A stretch of DNA of 63,984 nucleotides, the filler included, from Pirum gemmata (Eukaryota), in NCBI GenBank assembly GCA_002812295.1. It is 27 parts of 27 records of this genome, joined end to end, with 100 filler letters (N's around TTAATTAATTAA, not from the genome) between each part and the next. Parts side by side here need not be neighbours in the genome. Positions count along the whole stretch, not along the records: positions 49,248 to 51,184 come from PDIN01009581.1; positions 51,285 to 53,245 come from PDIN01009582.1; positions 53,346 to 55,333 come from PDIN01009583.1; positions 55,434 to 57,421 come from PDIN01009584.1; positions 57,522 to 61,967 come from PDIN01009585.1; 22 more parts are not named here. One strand, 5' to 3'. Positions 49,362-61,844 of the stretch are shown piece after piece; the stretch's first letter is position 1, and every line of letters starts with the position of its first letter. A program made the position numbers and the translations under genes. Below the pieces are notes generated by a model. The model saw only the letters and a program-made list of their open reading frames with translations, was not told the DNA's origin and did not search any database.

Positions 49362-51101
49362 ATGGTAAATCCACCAACATTTAGCGAGTTCACCTCAACA
49401 TATCCTGGTGGACTAGGGTTATCTTTTTTAATATTTTACGAACATTGTACTACTTTAAAACATCTAAATAATATTGCACCAATTGATTATTTTCTTGTAG
49501 GGAAAATACTTATGCGAATTCCTTTTCTTTCTCAATTACTAGCTATTACTATACCTCCATTTTTGCTTTACAATTATTATAACAATACCAACAACAACTA
49601 CTATAACAATCATCATCATCAGCATCACCATATTGGAATTAGTATTGATAATAATAATATTAATATTATTAATAATAACAATAATAATAATAATAATAAT
49701 AATACTTACAACTATAGCTACAACTACAACTACAACTATTGTTATGACATTGGAATGAATTGTAGAACTAATGTTATTAATGAAATTATTAACATGTTCA
49801 ATGCTAATGCTTTATTGTACATATACTTTAGTTTAGAAATTTTGTTTTTATTTTATTATCAATGGCGTAAAAAAGTTTTATGCAAACAAAAATTGAAATT
49901 AGAACCATTTAGTACTGAGGAAAAAGTGTCCATGGTTCATAAAATAGTAGACAGTGTAGATATTGACCAATTTTTATTAGGTTGGACAAAAAGCAAAACT
50001 CGTAATGTACAAAATATTAAACGCGATAATGTGAAAGAATTTTTTGCGAGTAATTTTTATATGAAACATTTGCCTGAATGTAGTTTAGAGGAAAATTTAA
50101 TTTTGGAGGAGTGTGTTGATATAGTTCAAAAAAAGCATCGTTTTAAAATTTCCGAGGGGTACACGGAAGAATTGCCAGTTTATAAACATAACATGGATGA
50201 ATTAAAAACTTTACATCACCCTTTGATTATGTATTTGTTGTCTTATGCTGGTGAATTTTTTTGTTCTGCAATATTAACCTTAAGAGGATTTAGGCGAGGT
50301 CACAGTGGGAAAATTACTTATTGGTATTATTATTCTAAATCTGAACACGAACATTTACAAAATCCAGAAAGATACGAAGAGCAACAGCAAGAAAAAGAAC
50401 GACCATTAGTTTTATTACACGGTATTGGTATAGGTTTAGGACCTTACTTACATTTTATAGAACAGTTACTAGGCTCTGGTCGTCGTTGTAGTGTGATACT
50501 TATCAATTTACCCTGGGTGTCTTTACGAATAGACGAAGAAGTTGTTCCTATGTCAGAGCTTACTCATTCTATTAACAAAATTATGCAAAAACATCATATT
50601 ACGCCAGGAAACCCTTGTGTTTGCATTGGTCACTCTTATGGCTCTTTCATTTTGTCAGCTTTAATCAAAACCCACGCTAACATGGTGGCCATGCCCGTTT
50701 TTCTTGATCCCGTTTGTTTTCATTTGTATTTGCCTAATGTGGTTCGAAATTTTCTTTACGAAAAACCACAATGGGCTCAATCAGTAGTACATGATTGGGT
50801 GCGTTTTTTTGTAGCGTCTCGAGATTTATTTATCGTAAACGCGTTGTGTCGGAGGTTTTGTTGGTACTCGGCAAATCTTTTCGCGGAGGAGGTGCCGGAA
50901 AATTCAATAGTATTCTTAGGTGGGAAAGATGAAATTTCTCCTAATCAACAAGTAAGAAGTTCGTTAAGTAGTAGAACGGATATTGAAATTCTATTTTATG
51001 AGGATATGAAACATGGTGAAATTTTGACGCACGCTGATAAATTGCAGAAACTGGTTGAATTAGTTAGACGAAAAGAAAAAGAAATGAATTTAGTAATATA
51101 G
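49362..51101 (+). CDS. Membrane-anchored alpha/beta-hydrolase fold protein
   Basis: LVLLHGIGIG oxyanion motif, GHSYG nucleophile elbow, GGKDEI acid and MKHGE His, with N-terminal hydrophobic segments. Confidence 0.9.
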   Translation: MVNPPTFSEFTSTYPGGLGLSFLIFYEHCTTLKHLNNIAPIDYFLVGKILMRIPFLSQLLAITIPPFLLYNYYNNTNNNYYNNHHHQHHHIGISIDNNNINIINNNNNNNNNNNTYNYSYNYNYNYCYDIGMNCRTNVINEIINMFNANALLYIYFSLEILFLFYYQWRKKVLCKQKLKLEPFSTEEKVSMVHKIVDSVDIDQFLLGWTKSKTRNVQNIKRDNVKEFFASNFYMKHLPECSLEENLILEECVDIVQKKHRFKISEGYTEELPVYKHNMDELKTLHHPLIMYLLSYAGEFFCSAILTLRGFRRGHSGKITYWYYYSKSEHEHLQNPERYEEQQQEKERPLVLLHGIGIGLGPYLHFIEQLLGSGRRCSVILINLPWVSLRIDEEVVPMSELTHSINKIMQKHHITPGNPCVCIGHSYGSFILSALIKTHANMVAMPVFLDPVCFHLYLPNVVRNFLYEKPQWAQSVVHDWVRFFVASRDLFIVNALCRRFCWYSANLFAEEVPENSIVFLGGKDEISPNQQVRSSLSSRTDIEILFYEDMKHGEILTHADKLQKLVELVRRKEKEMNLVI

Positions 51102-51595
51102 ATCAAAGTTCTATATTAGTTACTATTTTAAAAGTTAAAACCACACACACACACACGCACACACACACACACACAAACACACACNNNNNNNNNNNNNNNN
51201 NNNNNNNNNNNNNNNNNNNNNNNNNNNNTTAATTAATTAANNNNNNNNNNNNNNNNNNNNNNNNNNNNNNNNNNNNNNNNNNNNTTGTTGTTGTTGTTGT
51301 TGTTGTTGTTGTGGTTGTACTTCAGTTAAAATTCTAAAACAACTATTTATATCGATACTCTACTTGTGTTTTATCTAAATTCTTTTATCAATATTTTAAT
51401 TAATGCTGAACTCCTAACTTTTCCCTTAATATTGGTATATTGTGTTTTAGCTTTATTTACTTGGTTTTCATTTTTCATTTTTCATTACTCATTTTTTCAT
51501 TTTTCATTTTTCATTTTTTATTTTTCCGTTTTTTGTTTTTTGTTTTGTTGTTGTTGCTGTTGTTGCTGTTGTTGTTGTTTCTTAATTAAAAAAAG

Positions 51596-52995
51596 ATGAG
51601 CTCAGAAACTAAAGCTGAACCCGATCAGGCCCCTGAACGGAAAGATTCCAAGTCTAGTAAATCAGGAGAATCTATATTAGATGTAATTTATTTATTTAAC
51701 TTTATTATTATAGTAACAGCGATAAGAAAATTAGACCTTCTTACTTCAGATAACGTCGACTACTTCTGTTAAGGATAAATGTAACAGTGATAACAGACAA
51801 ACACAATAAAAATTGTACTTATGGGTGATAAAAGTATAATATAGTAAATAACCGTAACAGCAATGAGAAATTCAAATCATCTTGCTTCAAATAACAGTGG
51901 AGTAACTCATAATGATACTCTTTTAGTTTTGTATTTATTTTGTTTATAGCAGTAATAACAATAAAAAATAGTCCTAATATTACTGATAAACACAATACAG
52001 TGATAACAGTAATAGCAATGAGAAAATCAAATCTTTTACTTCAAATAACATTGGAAATTCCAATTCGTTTTGTTGTTATTTTGTTTATTTGTTTATTTTA
52101 TTTTTTATTGCTTTTCACTGACCCTTCAATATTTTGTGATTTGCCGTAGGACGTTTTAAATATGGATTTTGCTGATTTCGATATTACAACAGAAGAAGTT
52201 TGTTTTGAGGGCGTTGATGGTAATTTTAGATTCACAAAATGCTTTATGCTTTACTCTATTACCCTTTTATTGTTTACAATGGTTTAGTGGTGTCCATTTT
52301 TTCTTTTCTTTCCTTTAAATTTAATTAACAGTGAATATTTAACACCCTTCCTCTTTTTTTTTTAAAAAAATGCCAAAAAAAATGTAACAGAACACATTCA
52401 AGAAAATTTAGAAGATGACCTTGTCAAAGAAGCTTTAGCACAGGTTAGAAATAACTTTTCTAACTCTCACTTATGTTTTATTAGTCTTTTGTTTATCGTG
52501 TTTTTTACTATTCTTTTAGATATTCTTTAAATCATATTTCTGAATTCTCTAATATATATTGTAAGTGTGTGTGCACTTGTATTGTGTTTTTTATTTTTAA
52601 TTAAAACTTCCTTCTTATTATAGGGTGTCGATCTGAGAACTTATGCTCTTGAAGTTGAAGAAGCTTTAGAAGTAGTTCAAGTTGATTCCATTAATGACTG
52701 TATGTCCAAGCTTTGACCCTTTCTATATAACTATTTTATTTACCCTTCCTTTTAGCAATAATGAATGATAACATGAATGTTCCTTTTATTTTAACTATTT
52801 TATTTACCCTTCCTTTTAGCAATAATGAATGAATGATAACATGAATGTTTCTTTTATTTTTACTCCTCTTTTTTTTTTTTTTCTTATATTATTATTATTA
52901 TTAATTAGATCTTAAAGAAAGCTCCAATATTGCTTCATTGCACAAACAAATAAGAGAATGCGATCAATTACTTGAAAGTATGGAGAAGTTGTTAG
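51596..52995 (+). CDS. VPS52: Vacuolar protein sorting 52 (GARP/EARP subunit), first five exons (3' partial)
   Basis: Exons 51596-51682, 52150-52219, 52391-52443, 52624-52699, 52909-52995 splice in frame to give [59 protein letters not shown], matching the VPS52 N-terminus. Confidence 0.93.
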
Positions 52996-53019
52996 GTATG
53001 TAATGAAGTATATAGTTTT

Positions 53020-53218
53020 TTAGGGTTAGGGTTAGGGTTAGGGTTAGGGTTAGGGCTAGGGTTAGGGTTGGGGTTGGGGTTGAGGTTAGGGTTAGGGTTA
53101 GGGTTAGGGTTCGGGTTCGGGTTAGGGTTAGGGTTAGGGTTACGGTTACGGTTACGGTTAGGGTTAGCGTTAGCGTTAAGGTTAGCGTTAGCGTTAGGGT
53201 GAGTTAGGATTAGGGTTA
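53020..53218 (+). repeat. (TTAGGG)n plus variants inside VPS52 intron 5
   Basis: Follows the GTATGT donor at 52996. Confidence 0.9.
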
Positions 53219-53387
53219 TGATTATATTTATTTATTTATTTATTTNNNNNNNNNNNNNNNNNNNNNNNNNNNNNNNNNNNNNNNNNNNNTTAATTAATTA
53301 ANNNNNNNNNNNNNNNNNNNNNNNNNNNNNNNNNNNNNNNNNNNNTTTTAAAATATAATAAATAAAAATAAAAAAAAAATATATTTA

Positions 53388-53583
53388 AAAAAACTTAAAA
53401 AAACTTTTAAAAACTTAAAAACTTAATAATTTTAAAATATAATATTTAAAAAAACTTAAAAACTTTTAAAAACTTAAAAACTTAAAAACTTATAATATTT
53501 AAAAAAACTTAAAAACTTTTAAAAACTTAAAAACTTAAAAACTTAAAAAAACTTAAAAAATAAAAAACTTTAAAAACTTAAAA
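53388..53583 (+). repeat. (AAAAACTT)n tandem repeat directly upstream of the ankyrin ATG
   Basis: More than 15 copies by inspection. Confidence 0.85.
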
Positions 53584-54117
53584 ATGGTATCTTCAGGATC
53601 AATAGTTTATAACAATAAAGAATTAAGAAGGAGAATATTTTCTTACTTGTTTAATGATTTAGAACAAGTCAAAAAACAAAATGCGTGGTGGGTTTTGTAT
53701 TATCAAAAATATCCAAAAAGTATGGAAACGGCTAGTAAGGAAGGACAATTACAAATTGTTAAATATCTTCATAAACATTTACAAGTAAAATGTACTAATG
53801 ATGCAATGTTAAACGCAGTAGAGCAAGGATACCTTGATATTGTTAAGTATCTTTATGAAATAGGTGGTGTTAGTTATTTATTCGATGACACTATGTTCCC
53901 TGATGCAAGCGAATTCTTTATTTACTTTATGCAAGAAAATTTTAATTTAATAGACTGTGCAATTAAAAGTGGACACCTTGATATTGTTAAATATATTTAT
54001 ACAAAAATGAAACACCCATTTTCAGATTTGTCTTTATCATATGCATCTGAACATGTACATATTAAAAAATATATTCAAGAACAACTACAAACAAAAAAAA
54101 AAATAAAAATAAAATAA
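53584..54117 (+). CDS. Ankyrin-repeat protein with an N-terminal F-box-like helix
   Basis: ASKEGQLQIVKYLH, AVEQGYLDIVKYLYE, AIKSGHLDIVKYIY, and the N-terminal segment IVYNNKELRRRIFSYL. Confidence 0.88.
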   Translation: MVSSGSIVYNNKELRRRIFSYLFNDLEQVKKQNAWWVLYYQKYPKSMETASKEGQLQIVKYLHKHLQVKCTNDAMLNAVEQGYLDIVKYLYEIGGVSYLFDDTMFPDASEFFIYFMQENFNLIDCAIKSGHLDIVKYIYTKMKHPFSDLSLSYASEHVHIKKYIQEQLQTKKKIKIK

Positions 54118-55094
54118 AATAAATGTCTGTTCTGTTAATGAATATAGGAACTGTTTGTACTTCAGCAGGTGTATGTTATAAGGGATTAGATAAGTATTCA
54201 GAAAAAACTTTCGGAAAAAGTTTTTCTGAAGTAGCGTATGATTTTGTTACAACAGGAGCTACGGTTAACTAGTTAAAGTGGTTAACTTGATTTATTACTA
54301 TAAAAATATGTTAGAAAAAGATCTTAAAAAATTTAAAATTATTTTAGAATTAGCAATAACTTACTTTTAAAAGGAATTAAAAAAGTTCAATTATCGGGAA
54401 ATTCTGAATTTCGATTTTGTAATGTCGATAAGTACTTGAATGCCCTTAATGACATTGATAATGAAGTTAATTCATGGGATTTGACTAAAGCATTTTCTGG
54501 TGAATGGTATCGGGATGAATAAAGTTGTATTTCCATTTTCTTTTACTGTTGATATGCTTTGATACCTACTTCGATATAAGGTGTTACCTTGCAAGACTTG
54601 TGTTAAAAAGAAGGTCTTAGTTTTTTATTTAATTGGAGTTAGGGTTAGAGTTAGGGATTAGGTTTAAGTTTAGGTTAAGGTTTAGGTTTAGGTTTAGGTT
54701 TGGGTTTGGGTTTGGGTTTGGGTTTGGGTTTAGGTTTGAGTTTGGGTTTGGCTTTGGGTTTGGGTTTAGGTTTAGGTTTGAGTTTGGGTTTGGGTTTGGG
54801 TTTGGGTTTATCGATCTCTAGTAGCTAGAAAAAACTAGAAATTTGAATTTAGTTTTTTGTTTTTTTTTTCTAAATCTAGATCAACATTTTCTGCTTCTAG
54901 TCTGCATAAATAACCAACTAGATATCTGTTTTTCATAACTGGAATATCTAATATTTTTACGTTTGCTAATATCACGAGAGACTAGGCTGAATAAGTTTAC
55001 ACTCTTTAATACATTTATCAGCAAACGATTTCCATGTTCTTCTGTTAATTAAAAAACCATATCTGGGATATTTCTGGGATATAAATCAATTACT

Positions 55095-55315
55095 TTACTA
55101 ATCCATAATCCCAAATACTTATATTTGTCAACAAATTATTTTCAGGAAAATTATCAATATATTAATTCCTGAATTAATTAATAAACTATTTCTAATCCCA
55201 TCCCGTTCTTTTTGAAATTAATTTCAAGTCTCCATTTTTTACAAAATAAAACTAAACAATTAACGAGTTTATCCAAATCACTCGTTAATATGCGGATGAT
55301 ATCGCCTTAGTGGCT
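55095..55315 (-). pseudogene. Decayed LINE reverse transcriptase fragment with an inverted YADD segment
   Basis: Minus strand DLDKLVNCLVLFCKKWRLEINFKRT..FVDKYKYLGLWIS. Plus strand YADDIALVA at 55289-55315. Confidence 0.75.
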
Positions 55316-55567
55316 GTTAATTAATAATAATAANNNNNNNNNNNNNNNNNNNNNNNNNNNNNNNNNNNNNNNNNNNNTTAATTAATTAANNNNNNNNNNN
55401 NNNNNNNNNNNNNNNNNNNNNNNNNNNNNNNNNAATAAACAATAAACAATAATAAATATATAATTTATAAATTTATAAACAATATAAAAATAAACAATAA
55501 TAACAAATAATAATAATAAATCATCAACAACAATAATAATAATTCTCATTAAAATTAATTAAAAAGT

Positions 55568-56443
55568 ATGTCTTTCGTCAACCTTTACAGTTCTCCTAGT
55601 CATGTGATTCCACTTTTTATCGCCTTCAACGACACTATACCTAATACTAAGTATACTACTGAATTACAAAATAAAATTGACATGACATTTATGCATTGTG
55701 CAAAGCAAAACCAAGCATATGCGTATGAAAACGGTGCGCTAGGACTTGGGTGGCGCCAAATGTATGTACGAGTGAAAAACGTACCTCGCAGTGGAGAAAT
55801 TGATACCGTTGAAAACCTTATCAACTCTACACTAAGAGAAGTTTACACAAAACCTCAAAATAATGATGGGCAACATTTGGAAACAATTGCAAAGAGTTTT
55901 CGGGCAATAGAAAAATACGAAACTGATAATATTAACAATAATAATACTAAAGATAATGATATATTAAAGGATTTGTATCATCAATACATTGATACTGATC
56001 ATTACTATAACAAATACATTGTTGCTTGTAATGGGGATGAATGTGTATTAGCTGGTGTTAGAGTTAACAACATGATGTCTTATTCACGTAATACAACGCT
56101 CTGGTGGAAAGCTAAAGTTTCTAATTTACATGCTGATATTTTGTTGATGAATTGGAAATTAGTAAGGGAATTGGACGAACTAGACCAGGTTGTAAAGGAA
56201 GAATTAAATACTAAACATACAATTAAGAGGTTAGAATTAACGTCATATAAACCGCCACCGAGTGGTAGTAGTAAACCAGATCAAGGGGGAAAGAATGATG
56301 AAAAGGGTGGTAAAGTTGATGAAAAGGGTGATAAAGAAGGTGTTAGTCCAAATGGTACGGGAAATAACAACAGTACTAATAATAACACTAATATTAGTTT
56401 TGTTGTTTTATGTTCAATGTTTTTCATTTCTCATTTGTTTTAA
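55568..56443 (+). CDS. Putative GPI-anchored surface protein (probably the last exon of a longer gene)
   Basis: 291-aa ORF with a G/K/D-rich stalk and a C-terminal hydrophobic tail ISFVVLCSMFFISHLF after small residues. No signal peptide, and an AG lies just before the ATG. Confidence 0.7.
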   Translation: MSFVNLYSSPSHVIPLFIAFNDTIPNTKYTTELQNKIDMTFMHCAKQNQAYAYENGALGLGWRQMYVRVKNVPRSGEIDTVENLINSTLREVYTKPQNNDGQHLETIAKSFRAIEKYETDNINNNNTKDNDILKDLYHQYIDTDHYYNKYIVACNGDECVLAGVRVNNMMSYSRNTTLWWKAKVSNLHADILLMNWKLVRELDELDQVVKEELNTKHTIKRLELTSYKPPPSGSSKPDQGGKNDEKGGKVDEKGDKEGVSPNGTGNNNSTNNNTNISFVVLCSMFFISHLF

Positions 56444-56640
56444 TTAAAAATTATTAATAATTAATGTTAATTAACGTTTTATCAAGCGGGTCCTTGAAAT
56501 ACAAACAATTAATAATAATAAAAATTAATTAATAAATAATATATATATTAAGTTTTTAATAATCAATAATAGTAATGTTAATAATATATTTATACATATA
56601 CATATACATACGTACATACAAATACATACTTTTACATTTT

Positions 56641-57312
56641 TTTATTTATACGTATTTTGGGTCACTCTAGGAAGGCCCCTGGTCAGCTCATTTGGGTGTC
56701 CCTCCAGTGGTGACCGGATCTAGCACCCCTTCTGTCGAAATTAATAGTACATATTGGTTATTAGAAGGTATTTTGACGTCATTTGAATCGTTCGGTCGTA
56801 TTTCGTTTTTGTATTCATTTTACGCCCCAAATTTTTCATTTTACACCCCAAAAAGGTTTCTTGTTTTGTTTTTTAAAAGTGATTTTGTCCTTTGTGTATT
56901 CTTTGGTTTCGAAATCTTTAGATTCATTTAAAATGCCAATTAGTGTTGTTGGTGGTTTGTCACTATGATAAGGAGTTAACGTTCCTTCTTTCATATATAT
57001 ATTTCTGCTGATGCCATCGTAGTGGTAGTCTCTTAATTAATTTATAATAGTTGTATTATTATTACATTGTGGGTTGTTGCTTGTTGAAGGTAGTTATGTA
57101 TCATCTGGAGTGAGCGTTGTTCTATCGTTGGTAGGTTGGTTAGTTGGAGTAGGTCTTCTATTTTTATCCTGTCTATTTGTCGTACCTCTGCTATTAGACG
57201 CATTGCCTTGTTTTGTGATATTTCTAGTTTTTCTTTGTCTTTTGGAGTCATCATGACTATTGCTATAGCTGAATAATCTGTATCGATCTCATTAAGGACT
57301 TGTAAGTTCTGG
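56641..57312 (-). pseudogene. 5'-truncated LINE (jockey/I-like): post-RT region and 3' UTR
   Basis: YKSLMRSI/DYSA..KLEISQNKAMRLIA..LLQLTNLPTIEQR. The 3' motif is shared with 30702-30800 and followed by AATAAA and (TATG)n. Confidence 0.78.
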
Positions 57313-59914
57313 TTAGAGTAGGGTTAGGGTTAGGGTTAGGGTTAGGGTTAGGGTTAGGTTTCTCCCAATTCTGCTTTGTTTAAAAAATTGAGTTTTCGAG
57401 CCTATGCATTAATTAAATAAGNNNNNNNNNNNNNNNNNNNNNNNNNNNNNNNNNNNNNNNNNNNNTTAATTAATTAANNNNNNNNNNNNNNNNNNNNNNN
57501 NNNNNNNNNNNNNNNNNNNNNGTATATACGTATATGTATATATAACCTAATTTTAAAGACATAGACAAGGATGAATCTTTTCGCATTTTTTTTTCCAGAA
57601 GAAAGAACAAAACTGTCATATAAAGTTAAACAGTAAAAAAAAAAAAAAAAAGTTAACTATAATGAGATAACATAATTTTAAGGTGAAATGTGATAAAAAA
57701 ACCAAAAAATACATTAGTAAACAAAACAGAAAAACAAAACAAAAAAACCTGTCGCTGAAGTTAATGGCAAAATACTAAATGCACTGGCATAAGCTGTTCG
57801 TGTTAAAAAAAATGCAAAAACGGCCATTTGAGCAACTATTAGTGCTACACATGCCCGATTGAAAAATAATGGAAAAGCTAAGCCCCCACTTTCATACGTT
57901 TTTTTGTGAATGTAAACAAGCTATTTTAAAAATTAAGAAAATTTTAATACACAATTCCTAACTAGACAAATTTGAATAATATTTTATAGAACGCAGGGCT
58001 AGGGCTAGGCTAGGGCCAGGGTTAAGACTAGGATTAAGGTTAGAGTTAATAGTTAGGATCAGGGTCAGGATCAGGGTAAGGGTCAGGGTTAGCGTTAGGG
58101 TTAGGGTTAAGGTTAGCGTTGGCGATAGAAAAAATGTTATCATATGTTTAAAAAAAAAAACCACGATTGGAAATTTAAGTACCCTAATTTCCAAATTACA
58201 AAATATACCTTTTTTTTAAGCTAGTTAATTCTTATTCGATTTGTTTTTTTAATGTTTGTTGTAAAATCATTAAGAAATTTTTACTATTTGTACAGGAGAN
58301 NNNNNNNNNNNNNNNNNNNNNNNNNNNNNNNNNNNNNNNNNNNNNNNNNNNTGTGTGTGTGTGTGTGTGTGATGATGATTTTGGGCATTTTTTGTCCACT
58401 CTTTCGACTTCTATGCACTCCCATTCTTTTATCAATTAACATTATTCATTATTATTATTAATGCTGTTCAGAGTATGCTGTTTACTTCATGAAGACTTGT
58501 CTTCTACAGTGCTTATTTTGTTTTTTGTTTTTTGTTTTTTGTTTTTGTTTTTTTTAAAATTGACTTAATGATAGTTTTTACCTCTTTTTTTTTCATAGTT
58601 ACTAAACCTCAAAAGTCTAACTAATATCATTGTAGACCGCCTGATCCAGAATAGAAACAACCAAAAAACAAACAAAAAACAAAATACTGAAGTAACTATG
58701 ATGTGCATAGTGTTGTCGAATGTAAAGCGGACGACGGGCAGCGTTTTATACGCTACTGATAAGGGATTGTTTAAAATAGAAAAATATAGCTAAAACCAAA
58801 CAACAAACAACAAACAAACAAACAAACACACAAGCACAATTATACGGCATTGATAAAGCTTTGTTGGTACCAAAACATGAAAATAACTAAAACCAAAAGG
58901 CAAACAGACAACAAACAAAGTGTAATAACACTTAACGAGTAACGTATTATATGCTATTGATAAGATTGTCTGTTTCCTTTTATGGTACCAAAACACAAAA
59001 ATATAACTAGAAACAAACAACAAAAAAAAACAAATTAACGAACAACGTATTATATGCTTTTGATAAGATACCAAAACCCAAAAATAAAGCTAAAAACAAA
59101 CCAGCTAACACTTAACTAGCAACGTATTATACATCATTCATAAAATTGTTTGTTTTCATTTATATTACCAAAACACAAATATATAGCGAAAACAAAACAA
59201 CAAAAAAACCAACCAAATTGGAATAACACTTACCAACACTAATAGCTCTTTTTTTTATGTAGTCTGATACAAAATATGGTGGTAGTTTTTAATTCTGCAT
59301 TAAAACACAAAGAAAGTAATCGCGTGCGCATTCTTTAAACTGTCTGTTTAACATGTTTTTAATATTAAAAATAAAATATGGAAGGCAACAATTCAGTCCG
59401 TTTAATGTATTGAAAAATGTAGTTAGTGCATTCTTACTAATTTTTTTTCTTTTGGCTGACTTTGGTTTTTTAATGGTCGTTTTTCTCCTTTATTTTCGAG
59501 CTCCGTGCGCCGCTCACACGCTTTGTTCGTGTAAACTTACCAAAAAAAAAAAAACTATATTCATTTTTTTTTTTTTTTTTTATATCACTAATTCTAATTA
59601 GTAAAAAATTAAATGTGGGTAATACATTGATACTACCTGTTTAACTGTCTTTTTATTATTAATAAAATCAAAAATCGTGTTTATTATTTCTTTTACATTT
59701 TTTCTCTTTTTGTTATAATAAAGTAGTCCCATGATAATGTGTATTAATTTTTTTATAATTGAAATAATCTTGAGCTTTGGATGGTGTTATCGCTGGTTTA
59801 TTTTAACAATGATGTAGAAATATTCGCTAATGTAACGATTTACATTATGAAAAATGGAAATGGTAATAATAATAATAATAAATAATAATAATAGTAATAG
59901 TAATAATAATAATG

Positions 59915-59953
<39 letters not shown>

Positions 59954-59957
59954 CAAC

Positions 59958-60005
<48 letters not shown>

Positions 60006-60239
60006 CGAGTATAGTATAATAAACACCTGCATTAAACTAATTGCAATTTTTAAGAAACACTTCAAAAAATCATTATTTTCTTTTATAAATATTTATTCTA
60101 TTCTATTCTTTTCTACTAAAAACGCAATGAAAATTTTTTAACAATTTTCACAATATTTTTTGCTTTCATTAAAACTTTTTTCAAAATTGTTAAAAAAGTA
60201 TTTCTAATTAATTTTTGTTTTTTTGTTTTGCTTTGTTTN

Positions 60240-60657
60240 AACGCTAACGCTAACGCTAACGTTAACTCTAACGCTAACTCTAACTCTAACTCTAACGCTA
60301 ACGTTAATGTTAATGCTAATGCTAACGCTAACCGTAACCGTAACCGCAACCGTAATCGTAATCGTAATCGTAATCGTAATCGTAACCGTAACCGTAACCG
60401 TAACCGTAACCGTAACCGTAACCGTTACCGTAACCGTTACCGTAACCGTTACCGTAACCGTTACCGTAACCGTTACCTTTACCGTAAACCGTAACCGTAA
60501 CCGTTACCGTAATTGTAACGGTAACCGTAACCGTAACCGTAACCGTAACCGTAACCGTAACCGTAACCGTAACCGTAACCATAACCATAACCATAACCAT
60601 AACCGTAACAGTAACCGTAACCCTATCTCTATCTCTATCCCTCTCCCTAACCCCAAC
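60240..60657. repeat. Telomere-like hexamer variants (CGCTAA, CCGTAA, TCGTAA, CCATAA), probably intronic
   Basis: Direct inspection. Lies just upstream of the acceptor at 60697. Confidence 0.85.
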
Positions 60658-60697
60658 CGTTTTTTTCTATAAAATAAATAAAATTTTAAAATATTAG

Positions 60698-61844
60698 GAT
60701 TAGAAACAAAAAATGTTGTTTACGTAGGGGCGATTGACGAAGCTTCTCGGTCCACTACTAATATTTATCAGGAGTATGCAGATAAACTTTTTGTAAAGTC
60801 GACCCCGAGAATCTCACAGACGAAGGCTACGGAGACTGTAGTTACGTCGTTTGAATCCACCACTGGATCTATGATTTTATCGGGCGATAGTCAGTCAACA
60901 TTTAAAAATTTAAAAGATAAAAGTAATGTTGTAAGTAATTATTTATTTTTATAATTTATTAGCCAGAAATAACAAGATAGTCCATAATAGTAAATATGAT
61001 GAGTATTATTTACAATTCCCATTCTTTTCAAGATTTTTAATCTTCTAATTATTTCCATTTTTTATTTTTATTTTTCTATTATTACCCTAACCCCTAACCC
61101 TAACCCTGCCCCTAACCCCTAACCCTAACCCTAACCCTAACCCTAACCCTAACCCTAACCCTAACCCTAACCCTAACCCTAATTTTAACCTTAACCTTAA
61201 CCTTGACCTTGACCCTGTTCTTTGATGCTTGTAATGGTTAATTAAAATACATTTATCATTTAACAATTTAACAATTTATCATTTATCATTTACAGGACGT
61301 TTCTTTGCAAAAGCATACTTCAAGCGATAATAAATCCATTAAAAATTCAAATTCAAACGATTCGATGAATACAAAAACTGAAAAACTGGGAACGGATAAC
61401 AATACTCCTAAAGTTGGTGCTCAAAATAATCGCACTGAAAACAATGATTATTTTAATGTTACGAATGATAAGAATAGCAAAAGTAACAAGGACCGTTCTA
61501 ATAACAATTATAGCAATAACACTAGTGATGAAGACTCTAATTGTGATAATATTGTTAATTCTCACTATATGAATACAAGATCTTCTAACAACAGTAATGT
61601 TACTAATAGTAATAATATTGGAAATGGCAGTGCTAAAAGAAATAAAGATGGTAATATTAATAGTGTTTCTGATGGCAACAATATGCATAATAGTAATTTT
61701 AATAATGATAACGCTATTGTCAAAACCACTGTTGTAACCACTAGCTTCTCTATGGAGAACACTACTAGCAATATGGATGATGACAATGATAATGTTGTGG
61801 TAAGAGCTAAACGAGATAACGATATTGATACTGATACACTCCAG
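60698..61844 (+). CDS. Two internal exons of an N/S/T-rich protein (partial)
   Basis: Exons 60698-60930 and 61296-61844 join in phase 0 (GTAAGT..TTACAG). The intron contains (CCCTAA)n at 61084-61215. Confidence 0.7.

Noticed and set aside
49362..56443. Hydrolase, VPS52, ankyrin and GPI genes as a co-oriented cluster
   Set aside because: Each lies on a separate scaffold split by linkers, so there is no evidence of linkage.
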